DNA of 60,081 bases, from positions 1,598,237 to 1,658,317 of the forward strand of contig WELB01000002.1 in assembly GCA_009602725.1 (NCBI GenBank). The letters are read 5' to 3'. Source of the stretch: Spirogloea muscicola (Eukaryota). Positions 37,261 through 49,548 of this stretch are shown here, piece by piece; position 1 is the first letter of the stretch, and each line of letters begins with the position of its first letter. The notes under the pieces are model-generated. The model saw nothing but the letters and a program-made list of their open reading frames with translations. It was not told the origin of the DNA and did no database searches. Both the position numbers and the translations under genes were made by a program.

Positions 37261-38379
37261 CTTAAAGAGTGTCAGACGAAACCCCATCGTATCTTTAAAT
37301 GTCCATATTAACTCTTAAAACCTTATCGATAGAGAGAATGCACAAGCATTCTGACCGTTGTGCTAGACCGATATATACGGCCGAGGAGCAATTTTGAAAG
37401 CTAGTGCTGTTGTCTACTGCCAACTGCTTGCTTGTCGAATGCTTGAGTCTTATCGGGCAGCAATACATGCTTTTTGAGTGATAGACATGTTCCACTTGGA
37501 TCATTCGATTCGTGGGCTAAAAGGCAGATAAGTTTTAAATTACTCAATGGCATGCATTCACACAGGAGTACAGGAGCAAAGAATTGGCCTTGACTGTCAC
37601 CATTAGCCATATTTGAGATTGGTTTCGGTGACACTTAGATAGAGAGAATACGACCTTGACTTGATGGAATTACGACCAAGATCGCAAAAGTAAGTGTTGA
37701 GCACGATGTTTCTAGCACAAGCTCCTTCAGCTCTCTGGGAGCAATGCCGTTTGCAATTCGAGTCTGGGCCTTGAAATTGGGGCCGAGATTGTGAGACTCA
37801 GTAGCTGCTCTCTGCAAGAAGAGAAACAGACAGTGCAATTGGTGGATGCAACGTTATTGGTAGCTCTCTTGATGCTGTGACCTCCAAAGACAGGGCATTC
37901 TGAGTGGGCATATGAAGAAGTGAAAGATATACCTTCTCTTTCGATTGAGCGGCTGCAGGATTGATCCAGTAATGAAATAATGAGGATGTAATGTAATCTC
38001 GAGCCCTTTCATGAAACTCAGCAACAGGTACTCGTTCTGCAATAAGCCTAGATAGGTTGTCACAATACCCAACAAGAGAGAGGGGGCTGGAAAAGCTTAA
38101 GCTGTTTCCCGCTGCAGAAAGCTAGGGCATTTAGAGTTAAGAGCAAGACAGCTGGCTACCGGCATCCAAAGGCAGGAAGCAAAACTTGGAAGAGGACATG
38201 ACTATGAGAGCCGGTCATCACGAGTGGCAGAGTAGCCAACAATCAGAGAAACTACTCGTCCTACAAGCTGGTGCAGGGCAAAGCACGTGTAAGAAAGTCT
38301 GTATACTCGTGAAATTGTAATGCAACCCGCGTCAGGCAAAGAATCGATCACAGACTAGGCATAGATTGACAGCAAAGCC

Positions 38380-39135
38380 ACTCCTATGAGCAGATCTGTG
38401 CATTTAGGCTAGCCCATGTATGTCAAGTGGGCTTGCGCTTTCTGGCCCCTTCGTACCTTGTCATTTGTTGGGCTGGCGTCTCCCAGCAGCCATCGCCCCC
38501 ATCAGCCTACTTGTCGTTTTTGCGACGCCGAGTGTCAGCCTGTCTGCAGCGAGCTCAGGCTCATGCTTTGCATCAGAGAGCTGGGCGAGCCTTAGCTGGT
38601 GGCACAAGAGCTTGTCAATTGCCGTCCGGTATTGGGGCATCACTTAACGTCCTCCACGTGCTGACTCGTGGATACTGAGCCGGTCAGCTTAGCAGCCGGT
38701 GATGTATAACGTGCTTGCCTTTGTACTTGACCACACAGGCCCTTCATCACTAGATACAAACTCCATTCCTCTGAAAGTCTTTCTCCTAGCTCCTAGCCTT
38801 TTGCTAGCTTTTGCGGTCCACTTGCGCGCAGGCCGCGCTCTGGCGGCGGCCTCCGGCTTCATTCAGGGCGACGTCTTTCCGCCTGCTAGCTACTCAGATT
38901 TGCATCTACTGACGAGAGGTTACTGAGAGTTCGCTTACTGCTGTCTCAGTCCTTAGCACTCCGACTCCTTCAGACCTTGTCCATTCTTTTGGGCTGGCCT
39001 CTCCCAGCCACCAGTTAATCTGGCCGCGCTTGCTCTCTTTCTCTCAGGAAGAGCGGGTAGGTTTAAACTACACGAGCCTCAATTCTTGTCGGGCGGCTTT
39101 TCACAGCCCTTGCCCCCTTGGGAAGAGCCACTTCT
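38380..39135 (+). mobile_element. Nest of CRE 3' fragments
   Basis: AYLSFLRRRVSACLQRAQAHALHQ..LTRGY* (stop 38678); AVHLRAGRALA..LTRGY* (stop 38926); modules at 38991 and 39091. Confidence 0.75.
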
Positions 39136-39418
39136 TACATCAAACGCCGTCGCTTCGCTTGCTCGGGTATTAAACATGCCCGTCATTATCTATCTGCACT
39201 CTCCCTTGACGTTTGCCGTGCATGCGGGCAGGCCGCGCCTTGGCTGCTGCCTCCTGCTTTCGACAGAGCGACGCTTGGCTGTCCCTTAGTTACTCAATCT
39301 ACTACATTTGAGGAGGCGCAGTGGGCACACAAGGCGCCGGTCGACACGTTATTCGTGAACCTTCAGGGACAATCTGAGGCGGACTACTTGGTGGGCACGC
39401 TCGGGTCCATCTGGACCG

Positions 39419-39428
39419 CGCGCTCGCG

Positions 39429-39516
<88 letters not shown>
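39419..39516. repeat. (CG)n(CA)n microsatellite, about 40 CA units
   Basis: Read directly. Confidence 0.97.
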
Positions 39517-39517
<1 letters not shown>

Positions 39518-41238
39518 GATCAGTGGCCGCCAGCCTGCAGTTACAGTGGCATCAATCACTGGGAAAGCCAATGGCGCCCTTCGTGCCAGAAAGTAGCACT
39601 TATGGGCTCGGTGTCTGTCAGATTCTTTACGACTGAATATTCTCAACGTTTGAGCAATTGCACAGCATGGCGCTCAAAGAAATTGCTGCGCCAACATTCG
39701 GGGTTGCCATTATCGATATATCCACTTATCTATACGTGGTTGCCAAGGCAGCACACAGGAGGGTCACTCTGGCCTGGCACAGCTTTCTAAGGAGGTGGCT
39801 TCACTGCGCCAGCGCTGTCGTCCTTCCAGGGGCACATGGTGGATATCAGAACGTAGGTCTTTTACGTCCAAATACTGCAGCCGTGCATAGTGTTGCCCCG
39901 CAGAGAAGCAGGCATCTTTGAGCAGAAGCCGAAGAGGAGAGGGCCAAGAGTGTGACTTGACACTTGTCACACAGCTTGCCGATTGAACGTACAGGCTGGT
40001 CCCTCTCTGCTGAAGTAGATGCCAGCCTTCAGACACAACACTCTACAGTCGGTAAGTCCAAGCTGCTGGTGCCTGTGAGTCAGCAGTGGCGTGAGAATTG
40101 GACACTATCTCCATCCAAAGAAGGCCAGAACCTCTAAAGCGATGGACAAAATGTACTGCAGTGGGCTGGGTGGTGGCGTGGCTCGTCACGATTCAGGGGG
40201 CACATGGCGACTCGATAACCGATGGCTTTGGAGAAGGACTTACTAGATTTGCTCCTATATTCAGGCCTCTGTTGGTTGGTGTATCTTTGGAGAATGTGGC
40301 GAGGAGCTCTGCACCTATTTCTGCCCCTGCTGCAGACCCTTTCAGCACACCATCTTTCAAAGCGGCTGGAGCCGAGCAAGCAAGTGGAGGCCTGACGTAT
40401 AAAGGGCGCTTTCAGTGAACCACTGTCTGGGTGCACCAGACCCGAAGGCGTAGAGATCATATTTCTTGGCCTATCTACGCGTTTCGTCCTATCCCCCTCA
40501 CACAACCCCCCCTCCCCCCTCACCCCCCCCCTCTTTTACACGCAAACGTGAACTTAGCAACAGGAAAAAGGTCACCCCTTGCCCCCTCCCGTTCCCACCC
40601 TACCGCATGTTGAGCTTCTTGAGGAAAATTCGAAAGACACAAATGATGCACTACGCATGTACTCGCTCCAAGACTTCAGATCAGAAGACAGATAATCATG
40701 CCCAGTACTGAGGGTTAAGTCGGGCTAGTACAGATACGGATCTATCCATTCCACAAGCTTCTGACACTTGCATCTTCAACAGGCTGGAGACTGAAAGCTA
40801 TACCTCATATTGCTGTGAGAGTAGACCATCTCAGTCCTTCTCAATCAGGTGTCTCAGTCAATGTTGTGAGTTCGTATCGGCTCTGTCAAAGCATGTCCAA
40901 ATCACACACTTCATTGTACAGTTGATGATTCACGGTGGAGCTTTTCCTAACATTTCTGATCCCGGTTTGTCACAATTGCTGGAACGGCATTCTATGCTTC
41001 ACAGTTGCTGCAATGGCTGCACATTTGTGCCGTACAACACTGGTGTCACTGACACTTGGCATGGCAAACAGAAGCACCAGCATGTAAAGCGCCCTAGCTT
41101 CACCAGGCTGCAAATTCTATTCAGCAGTTTATGAATAATTTATGGACTGGCGAAAGAGACGCTCAGGGTGCCCACTGCAACAGCTATCCCCAAAACCAGC
41201 TGAGCTTACGCTCTTTAGAAGGAAAAGTGACGATCACC

Positions 41239-44200
41239 TCACAGCTCCTCATGCCTAAGCGGACTTTCAGACTTGATGGCACCTTTCTCAATGACAGCTA
41301 GCTTGTCGTGCAGCAAAGCCACAACCGCAGCAAGGTCTATCTTCATGGTCATCCGGTAGGTGATGGCAAGTCTTATTGGCTCAGACAGCGCATCCTCCCC
41401 ATCCTGCAACCACGTACATGACTTCTCATCCTGCTCCTTGCACGTCTTTGCCCTGCAGACAGGGAGCACTTTACTAGGATCGTCACAAGACCATGACTTT
41501 GCCTTGCCTGACGTGCTACCTTCTGACATAAACATCTCCCAAAAGAAGATCACCAGGTTTGACAGGGTAAAATTACTCTCACGGCCATAGCAGCTATAGC
41601 ACCTAATCACATAGGAGCAGGGCTGCAAGAGAAGAAGATGAGCTGCTGATATCATAGCCCATCTTAATGAAGAAGAACTCACAACATATTGGAATAACTA
41701 ACCTTATAACAACATGCCATCTTACTCTAATTTGGCCCATCGGGAATTTGGATAGCTGACCTGTCCAGCAGATCCAAGTCATCTTGCACCGTAGTTGGAA
41801 AGGCGCTCATAATCTGGTGAAGCCGTAATGCAATAGTCCTGTAAGCAGCAAGTTGCGAGAGGCGTGCATCTCCCCAGGGATACGTCTCTGACGAACTCTC
41901 ATTTAGGTGGAGAGCCCAAGCCAGTGCCATGATGGCGGGTTTCAGGCGCGAGTCAATTGCACCCTTGTGTGCATTCACGATTAAGGCATCATCATCCTCT
42001 TCTGGACTCTCTAGTGAATCTGCTCCTTCACTGCCATCCTCTGCCAACTTCTCAGCATCGCTATCTCTGATCACTGATTCAATTGTCTCAACAACCGCTT
42101 CAAAGGAGGCATACTCGTCTCCCCCTGAATCCATGTATCTGTCCTCCACCTCAAGGTAATCAGCAACTGGCAAGCCACTGTCATCCTCCTCTACATATGC
42201 TTTGGCTACATCACTGGCCAGCCTCACTAGTCTGCTGTGTTCAGATTGCTCAAGCTCTGGGACTTGCAGAAAGTTCTCTGCAACCCAAATGACAAGCTCC
42301 TGAACCAGGAACAAGAAACACGAAATCAACTCCATATGTTCGTGCCTAAGGGCATCGGGACGAGCTATCATAAGGCCAAGAATAATTTTTGCATATGACA
42401 AGCTCCAGGGCTTGGCTACAGACCCCATAGTTTGTGAAGATTGGGACGTCGTTGTAAGGATTATCTGCAGGAACGAAACCTGCATGCAGGAATCGGGCCC
42501 ATCGCAACTCTGGACTTGCTTAAAGTTGTGCTCATGGGAAAGGCAGGATAGGCATGTTGACTGTGTTGAGCAGATAAACTGTACACTTTTCGAAGATACT
42601 CCAATATCTCAGCAGCTGGCTGCAACACTTATGCAGGAGACATGGCTTTGTAAAGGACAACCTTCCAAAAGCCTATCACTAAAGGTCAAGCAGTGCTGCA
42701 AAGAGCTCGATGCCACACCACAGAATATCTCTTCTGATGAGCCTCACTACACAGCTTACCCATCTCAACATAGTAACTTGTAGTGGACCTTTCACCATAA
42801 AAATCATATATTTGCTCTCCTTTCCTGATTGGCCGAGTGACCACCAGCTCAAGCTTATCATGTGTGATCTTCTCTTCCCATTCAATCTGGAGCACAAGAG
42901 GTTGCAGGAAAGTGTGTCGTAAGGTAGTGAGCAGCACTGCAAGAAGTACATCTGTCACCAGGACTGCATATAACCATTGCCCGAGAAGCCTGTGAGGACT
43001 AGGTTCCAAAGTCTGTGCTCACATGTGAAAGGCCTGCTGGATGGTGGTTGAAGAGGTCACCAAAAGGCATGAACATGGCCGTGACCTTGATAGTTCCATT
43101 CTCATCAGGCACCGGTAGTCTGAATCCACGGGTTGAGGCCATGGCCATGGCCCAGGCTGAACATACGCCCAACAACAGTGCATCAGTGTACATGGAATTT
43201 GGACTTGGAGCAGCAGATTGTCTATCTCTGATGCACCCACAGGTTGACATATATGTCAAAAGCCAGGATAGATGAACGAGATCTTGCAGAAGTATAAAGA
43301 CAAGTGAGAGTAAGCAGTAGTTCAATACTGGGTGGAAAGCTAACAAAAGGCTTCCCCTACCAAATTGCTCATATGAACCTCCTGTTTCTCCACTTAGATT
43401 ACACAACTTGTGAATGTTGTGTGTATAACTCCACCAGCTCTCCATGAAGCTAACAGCTGGTCCAAACTGCGCCTCCTTGTACTCCTGCAGTGTTGTGTGA
43501 CGAGCTCGAAGGCAACCAGTCAGTCTTAATTGCTGTTAAATTTGCTCCTGATAATTGACATATAAGCTTATGTCAGTATCCAGCTTTGAGTTGTGATGGA
43601 CCCAAGACGTACAAGCAGTATTCAACCTATGTCCATGGGTTAACTGACAAATAGTCTATTCAATAGCTACTCATAAGCAAAAGTTGGACGCGGCTTACCT
43701 CTGGCCTGAGGGTTATCCAAGGAACGTCCACGTTCCTTGGGAAAGTCCGTAGGAAAGGCGCATATAGTGACTTATTGCCTTTATGCCTAGTGAAGAACCA
43801 CCAAGGCTATGATTAAAAGCCTAAACCTGTATACTTGCAGAAGCCTGATCATGCAGGCCCCAATCATGACTCAGATAAGCCAGCATAACAAAGTATCTGA
43901 CTGTCTCTCTCCAGCAGCCTGCAGGTTCTCCAAACAGCATGCAGATCGTGCCGACTTTATCCCGTGAGTAATGTATGATGTGAGAAAGATTCTGAGGTGC
44001 TAGGCAGACTCATCAATCACGATGGCCTGGCCCTTCTGCATTTGCTGTGGTCAAATTTTGAAAGGCCATACAGTTCTTCCAAGAGGGCGACTGAGATTGA
44101 CACGTCCCAGGCCGCTGTTTCGCCACAAGGTTTGTACTCCTCTGGAAGGACAATCGTGGAATTAAACTGCAGGTGATCAAAGACAGACCTGCTAGCTTAT

Positions 44201-44819
44201 TCATCCCTGTCTGGTGCGAATTCCACAGTATCGGATTCTGGACTTGGGTGCTGGTCTGGTAATCGTCGAGTTGGCAACTAAGAGGGGACCACCAGCGTTC
44301 AAGGCCACCCTGCTGGCAAGCCAGAGTAAGGTAATTATCTTACAGGCACAACGAGGATCGTGTCTCCAATATTGGCATCCTGTGCGGCCACTATGCCACG
44401 CTCGGTGCCGCTTAGATCCGATCTTGCGGTCTCTTCTAAGCTCATGAGGTGGCTCAAGCCCTCCAGGCCTTCAGCAGGGCTGAAGATAAGCATCCGCTGG
44501 TTTGGCGGAGTAGCACCCTCTATGCCAACCTCGTCCAGCCATTCCGAAAACTGCAAAAAGCGGGCAATCGATAGTCAGTGCTCAGCCTCTTCATGAGCTG
44601 CACCACGATTTGACTGAGATCTGCCTGTCTGAGCTCGTCCGGACGAGCTGATGGAGGAGAAGCAGAGTCAACAAATACCTGGCTGGCGTACAAGAATCAG
44701 AATAGTACCTCTCTGTAGACTTCAGAACCACCCCCCCCGGAGCTCGCCAATGCCGGCACGGCAGTGCAGAGCAGGTTCGCCAAGACAAAGATAGTGAAGC
44801 CCTGCGTAAGGCCTGTCAT
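41239..44819 (-). CDS. SET-domain protein methyltransferase, Rubisco-LSMT/SETD6 type, with predicted signal peptide and HEEL terminus
   Basis: Exon 44819-44709 splices in frame to FSEWL (44550); RGIVAAQDANIGDTILVVP, AWAMAMASTRGF, MPFGDLFNH, IRKGEQIYDFYG, FPTTVQDDL, RLAITYRMTMK. Confidence 0.85.
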
Positions 44820-45769
44820 TGCCCGCGGAATATCGCAGCAGAGCAGGCCTTCTTCTCGGGCTTTAGGACGCCAAGATTGTCCTGGCCTACGGTCAGGAGT
44901 GCCGGGGGGCCATCATGGCTCCCCAATGCGAGCACGTAGATAGGCCCAGCTGTGGCCAGCAGGCGCCTGGAGCGCCGGAGCTGCAAAGAGTCGACGGCGG
45001 CCGATCGAAGTCCTGGGCCGTCTAGAATGTCGCTGCACCGCCGGGCATTCGCCGTGCGGCGGCGGCGACGGCGGCGGCGGTGGCGGCGGCGGCGGGGATT
45101 GCTGCGGCAGCCGTCGGCGGCGACAGAAGCGGGCGCAGTCGCCAGCCTCCACTGGAGGGGGTGCGCGGGGCCTGGTTTCGAAAATTATCCGGGCTCTGGC
45201 CAGTCGGTCAACTTCCTCGACGCCAGACCCGGCCCGCGTCGCGATTGCGTCCCACCTCATTGCGTTTGTACTTAAGCAACCCCACGGTATCCCGCAAACT
45301 AACTCTATCTGGTACACAAACAGACCTTGGGTGCTAAAGGTGAGGATCAAGAGGGAGACAGCCCAGGTACTGTCGTCAGATCCTCAAGAAATCAGTCAGT
45401 AGAAAGAACGATACGAGCATAGTCAATCAGGAGATGGGCTTGGAAGCAGCCATCCTCTGAAGAAGCGTATTGGCTTAATGGTCTAAGCTTAACTGCACTG
45501 AATTGGGAATGGGACTCAAGGACTCCATCCAAAATACAGAAGAAGAAGTAATTCACCGGAAGGAGTGTAAAGAGACCCATGCATTGGCGCAGACAGATTG
45601 CCAGGATTTGCTTGGTATATAGTCCTTGTCAAAGACATCTGTGTTCCTGCCTTTCTTTGTCCGAAGCAGAAGTAATTTTGGAACGCTTGTAGCGCCAGCT
45701 GCGTCCCCAATTGAAGAGAGAGCCGTCACCCAGCAAGCAATTGCTCTTCCAAAGGAGGTGGTGGTTGTG

Positions 45770-48345
45770 AGAGGCCAGCACACGATAGTATACTAGGCCT
45801 ATGAAAGCCACAGACCAGGGAGCGTAAGGATAGAGTGCTTCCCAAATGGGGCGCTTGCACTTTTGGCAGGCCGCGCTCTGGCTGCTACTTCTGATTTTCG
45901 TCGGGGTGAGTCTTTCCAGCTGCAGCATACTCCGACTTACGGCTGCTGACCGGGGTTACTGATTTCCCATCTGCTGTAGTCTCTTGCATAGCTGTGTGTC
46001 TTTAGTGCCCGTCGGCCCTTTGGACCTTTTCCATTCTGGGCTTTCTCGCTTCGGCAGCGGCTTCCGGCTTCCGTCAGGGCGACACTTGGTCACTTTGCAT
46101 CCTGCGCCATCCGGCTCCTTCAGACCTTGTCCATTCCTTCGGGCTGGCCTCTCACAGCCACAAGTCAATTGGGCTGCGCTTTCTCTTTCTGGGCTGGGCT
46201 TTCCACAGCCCCCGCCCTCTTTGCAAGAGCTCACTTTCTGGCGATGGTGGTAACCGGCCAGCCCAGTAAGAATGACAAGGTCCAAAGGGGCCATCGAAGC
46301 ACTACATCAAGAGCTAAGCAAGTAACTACCACAAAGGGGTGCTCAATAACACCTAGTCACCACCCGCGAGTCAAAGTAGCTTGCAGCCGGCAGAACTGCC
46401 ACCATGGCAAAAGCAAGAAGTAAAAGCAGCAGCTGAAGCGCGGACTGCTGCACTGCAAAATCGTGGAAGCCCAGGAGCGGGAGTGAGCAAGAAGAACTGC
46501 TGCTTCTTCTCTCGTAAGAGAGCTGCTTCCATTTCCCTGCTTGAAAGAGCTTCTTCTTCCTCGATTCTTCAGTAACCCATAGTTAGCAGCCGCAAGTTCA
46601 GAAAGACTAGCAGCCGGAATTGATGTACGGGAAACAGTCCCCTCGCTAGTAATAAGAGGCGGCAGCTAGGAGCACGGCGGGCTCGCAGATACAGGGCGTG
46701 AGCCGTGAACGGCTGCAGAGAAGTGGAGAGTCGCGTGTGCGTCTCTCTCTGATACACCTGCCACTTGTTCTCTGATACCGGCAGCTAGTCTGTCGGATGT
46801 GAGGCTTCTCACTCGTAACTATTAAGTGGTCCATCCTCCCCCGTTCTGCCATAGCATCTTCAGGCCCCGCAGTCGCTGCTTAGCTCGTAGTTTGGCCCCT
46901 TCGAACCTTGTCAATTCTTTTCGGGCTGGCTTCTCACAGCCCTTGCCCCCATTGGGAGAGCCACTTCTTCTGATACACCTGCGCTAGCGAGCAACTGGCG
47001 TCGAAGTCGGCCGGCTCGCCGTGCCGCCAGTGGACCATCCATTGCCGCCCTTTGTCTGGCTCCACTTTCTTTGGCTTTGGACATTGTCCACTCTTTTTTG
47101 GGCTGGCTTTGGGGGACGAACTCATCTGCAGCCGGGTGGTCGGCGTGTTTGGCCGCCTTGCTGCGAGCGGCCTTCGCCGCAGCGTGGCCAGCCCGCGAGG
47201 CAGAAAGCCCCGGGTTGGAGCGGTCGACCACCCGGCTGCCGATGAGTTCGTCCCCCTGGCTGTGGACGTGCACGGGGCTCTCGGATCCCACTGGCTCGAC
47301 CTGTTGGCCAGGCTTGCACGGCGCGCTGTGTCCCGCAGGCGCGGTGAGCCGGCTGACTTCAACGCCGCTGGCTCGTGGGCTCAGGTGTATCGTATGCGCT
47401 TGTCCGTCTCCCTCCAGCGGTCCATGGCCCACGCCTTGCATCTGCGTGCTGGCCGTGCTCTCGCTGCAGCCTCCGGCTTTCGTCTGATGGATAGTTTTCC
47501 AGCAGCAAGTCGGTGGGGGATGTGAGGCTCCTCACTCGTAACTACTGAGTGGTCCATCCTCCCCCGTTCTGCCATAGCCTCTTCAGGCCCCGCAGTCGCT
47601 GCTTAGCTCGTAGTATGGCTTTGCCAGCCTCTCTTCTCTATGGGCGCGCACTTTCTTCAGACCTTGTCCATTCTTTTGGGCTGGCCTCTCCCAGCCACCT
47701 GTTAAGCTGGCCGCGCTTGCTTTCCCCTTGGTCCATCGTCCCCCGTTCTGACATAGCATCTTCAGGCCCTTTCGTCGCTCCGGCTCCTCTTTGGACATTG
47801 TCCATTCTTTTTTGGGCTGGCTTTGCCAGCCCCTCTTCTCTATGGGCGCGCACTTCTCTTCGTAGCTGCTTAGCGCTTTTTAGCGCTGCTCAACCAGCTC
47901 TCTCGTCACGCCATTGCCCGCCGCTTCCATGGGGAGCCGGTGGACTCCCATGCAGCAGGGTCGCTAGAGCAGGTGTACCGCATGCGCTTGGCCGTCTCGC
48001 TGCAGACGTCTATGGCCCGCGCGCTGCACCTGCGTGCAGGCAGAGCCCTCGCTGCTGCCTCTGGCTCTGGCCAGGGGACCCGCTTCCAGGAACCCAGTCT
48101 CTTTGACCTGAGGCTGCTTAGCAGGGGTTACTGAGTGCTTCGTAGCTGCTTCGCTTCTTTTCTGTGCTTGTTGTTCTTCGTACTTCCCCTGGCCCCTTCT
48201 CGTCCTTTGTACATTCTTTTCTGGGCTGGCTTTTTCCAGCCCCTATCCTCAATGGGCGAGCCCTTCTCTCGCTTTTTAGGCCCCTCCATCATTTGGCCCC
48301 TTTGAACCTTTGTCAATTCTTTTTCGGGCTGGCTTTTCACATTGG
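45770..48345. mobile_element. Nest of CRE 3' fragments (E, B, A, C)
   Basis: B ~46780-46970 and ~47113-47610; C ~47890-48270 ending LSRGY* (48134); more than 10 hairpin modules. Confidence 0.8.
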
Positions 48346-48379
48346 GAGTGCCACTTCAGTTTGTGATGGGCTTCTTCCG

Positions 48380-49092
48380 TCTTTGGAGATAGTGGCTTTG
48401 GATGTGGATGGAGAATACTTCTGTCATGCCCATCCTCCAGAGGGCCGACGGACTCCACACGCGCCGCGTCGACCTGGTGGCGTCCACGACGGGCGGTGGC
48501 GGCCCCATCATTGCCGATGTGGTCACCACTGATGTGGTCGACCGCTCCAACCCGGGGCTCTCTGCCTCGCGGGCTGGCCACGCTGCGGCAAAGGCCGCTC
48601 GCAGCAAGGCGGCCAAACACGCCGACCACCCGGCTGCCGACGAGTTCGTCCCCCTGGCTGTGGACGTGCATGGGGCTCTCGGATCCCACTGGCTCGACCT
48701 GTTGGCTAGGCTAGCACGGCGCGCTGTGTCCCGCAGGCGCGGTGAGCCGGCTGACTTCAACGCCGCTGGCTCGTGGGCTCAGGTGTATCGTATGCGCTTG
48801 TCCGTCTCCCTCCAGCGGTCCATGGCCCACGCCTTGCATCTGCGTGCTGGCCGTGCTCTCGCTGCGGCCTCCGGCTTTCGTCAGGGGGATAGTTTACCGG
48901 CAGCTAGTCTGTCGGATGTGAGGCTCCTCACTCGTAACTACTGAGTGGTCCATCCTCCCCCGTTCTGCCATAGCCTCTTCAGGCCCCGCAGTCGCTGCTT
49001 AGCTCGTAGTCTGGCCCCTTCGAACCTTGTCAATTCTTTTCGGGCTGGCTTCTCACAGCCCTTGCCCCCATTGGGAGAGCCACTTCTTCTTC
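48380..49092 (+). mobile_element. CRE family B, 5'-truncated, open RLE frame + 3'UTR
   Basis: ORF 48402-48944 RRVDLV..ADVVTTD..KAAKH..LSVSLQR..LTRNY*; module at 49042. Confidence 0.9.
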
Positions 49093-49548
49093 TTTGGAGG
49101 CAAATTCAGGCTCCGCAGGAGGACGTACTGACGCTAAGATTTCTCAGTGGGCTTTCCTTTACACCGCCCGGCTAGCGCGGCGGGGCAAGGCGGCCCCGGG
49201 ACCCCGACTCTCGCGCCGATCGGCGGCTGGGACGGGGCTCCTCATTCGTAGAAGCACCCCGCTCAGTAGCCGCCACGGGGCACCCGACAGGCGGCTCGCG
49301 AGCGGGCCAAGCTATCCGCCGCAAAATCCACCTCGCCGCTGCCGCCGCCGCCGCCGCCGCCGCCGCGCCGCCGCCGCCGCCGAGGAATGCGGCGAGGGAG
49401 GCGCCGCGCGGAGTGCGGCGCTCTCGGCACCGGGCCGCAGGGCACTGGCCTTGTGTAGGCTCGGCGGGCCCTGTCAGCCAAGCGACGAGTCGAGCGTTCC
49501 TTGAGGCGGCGGCAGCTCTGGCCCTCTGCCGCCGTGGACGGCGCGGCC

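Noticed and set aside
40190..40240. GDSITDG as SGNH/GDSL hydrolase block I
   Set aside because: No downstream SGNH blocks found; short ORF; may be chance
300..49092. Recurrent hairpin module as CRISPR repeats or bacterial intrinsic terminators
   Set aside because: Irregular spacing, both orientations, no cas genes, eukaryotic context; the T-tract precedes rather than follows the hairpin; copies are tied to retroelement 3'UTRs
48940..49092. 3'UTR as hammerhead/HDV ribozyme, histone stem-loop or SECIS
   Set aside because: Could not find the CUGANGA/GAAA core, HDV nested-pseudoknot landmarks, the histone GGYYYTTYH stem-loop consensus or a SECIS core by eye; an Infernal search would be decisive
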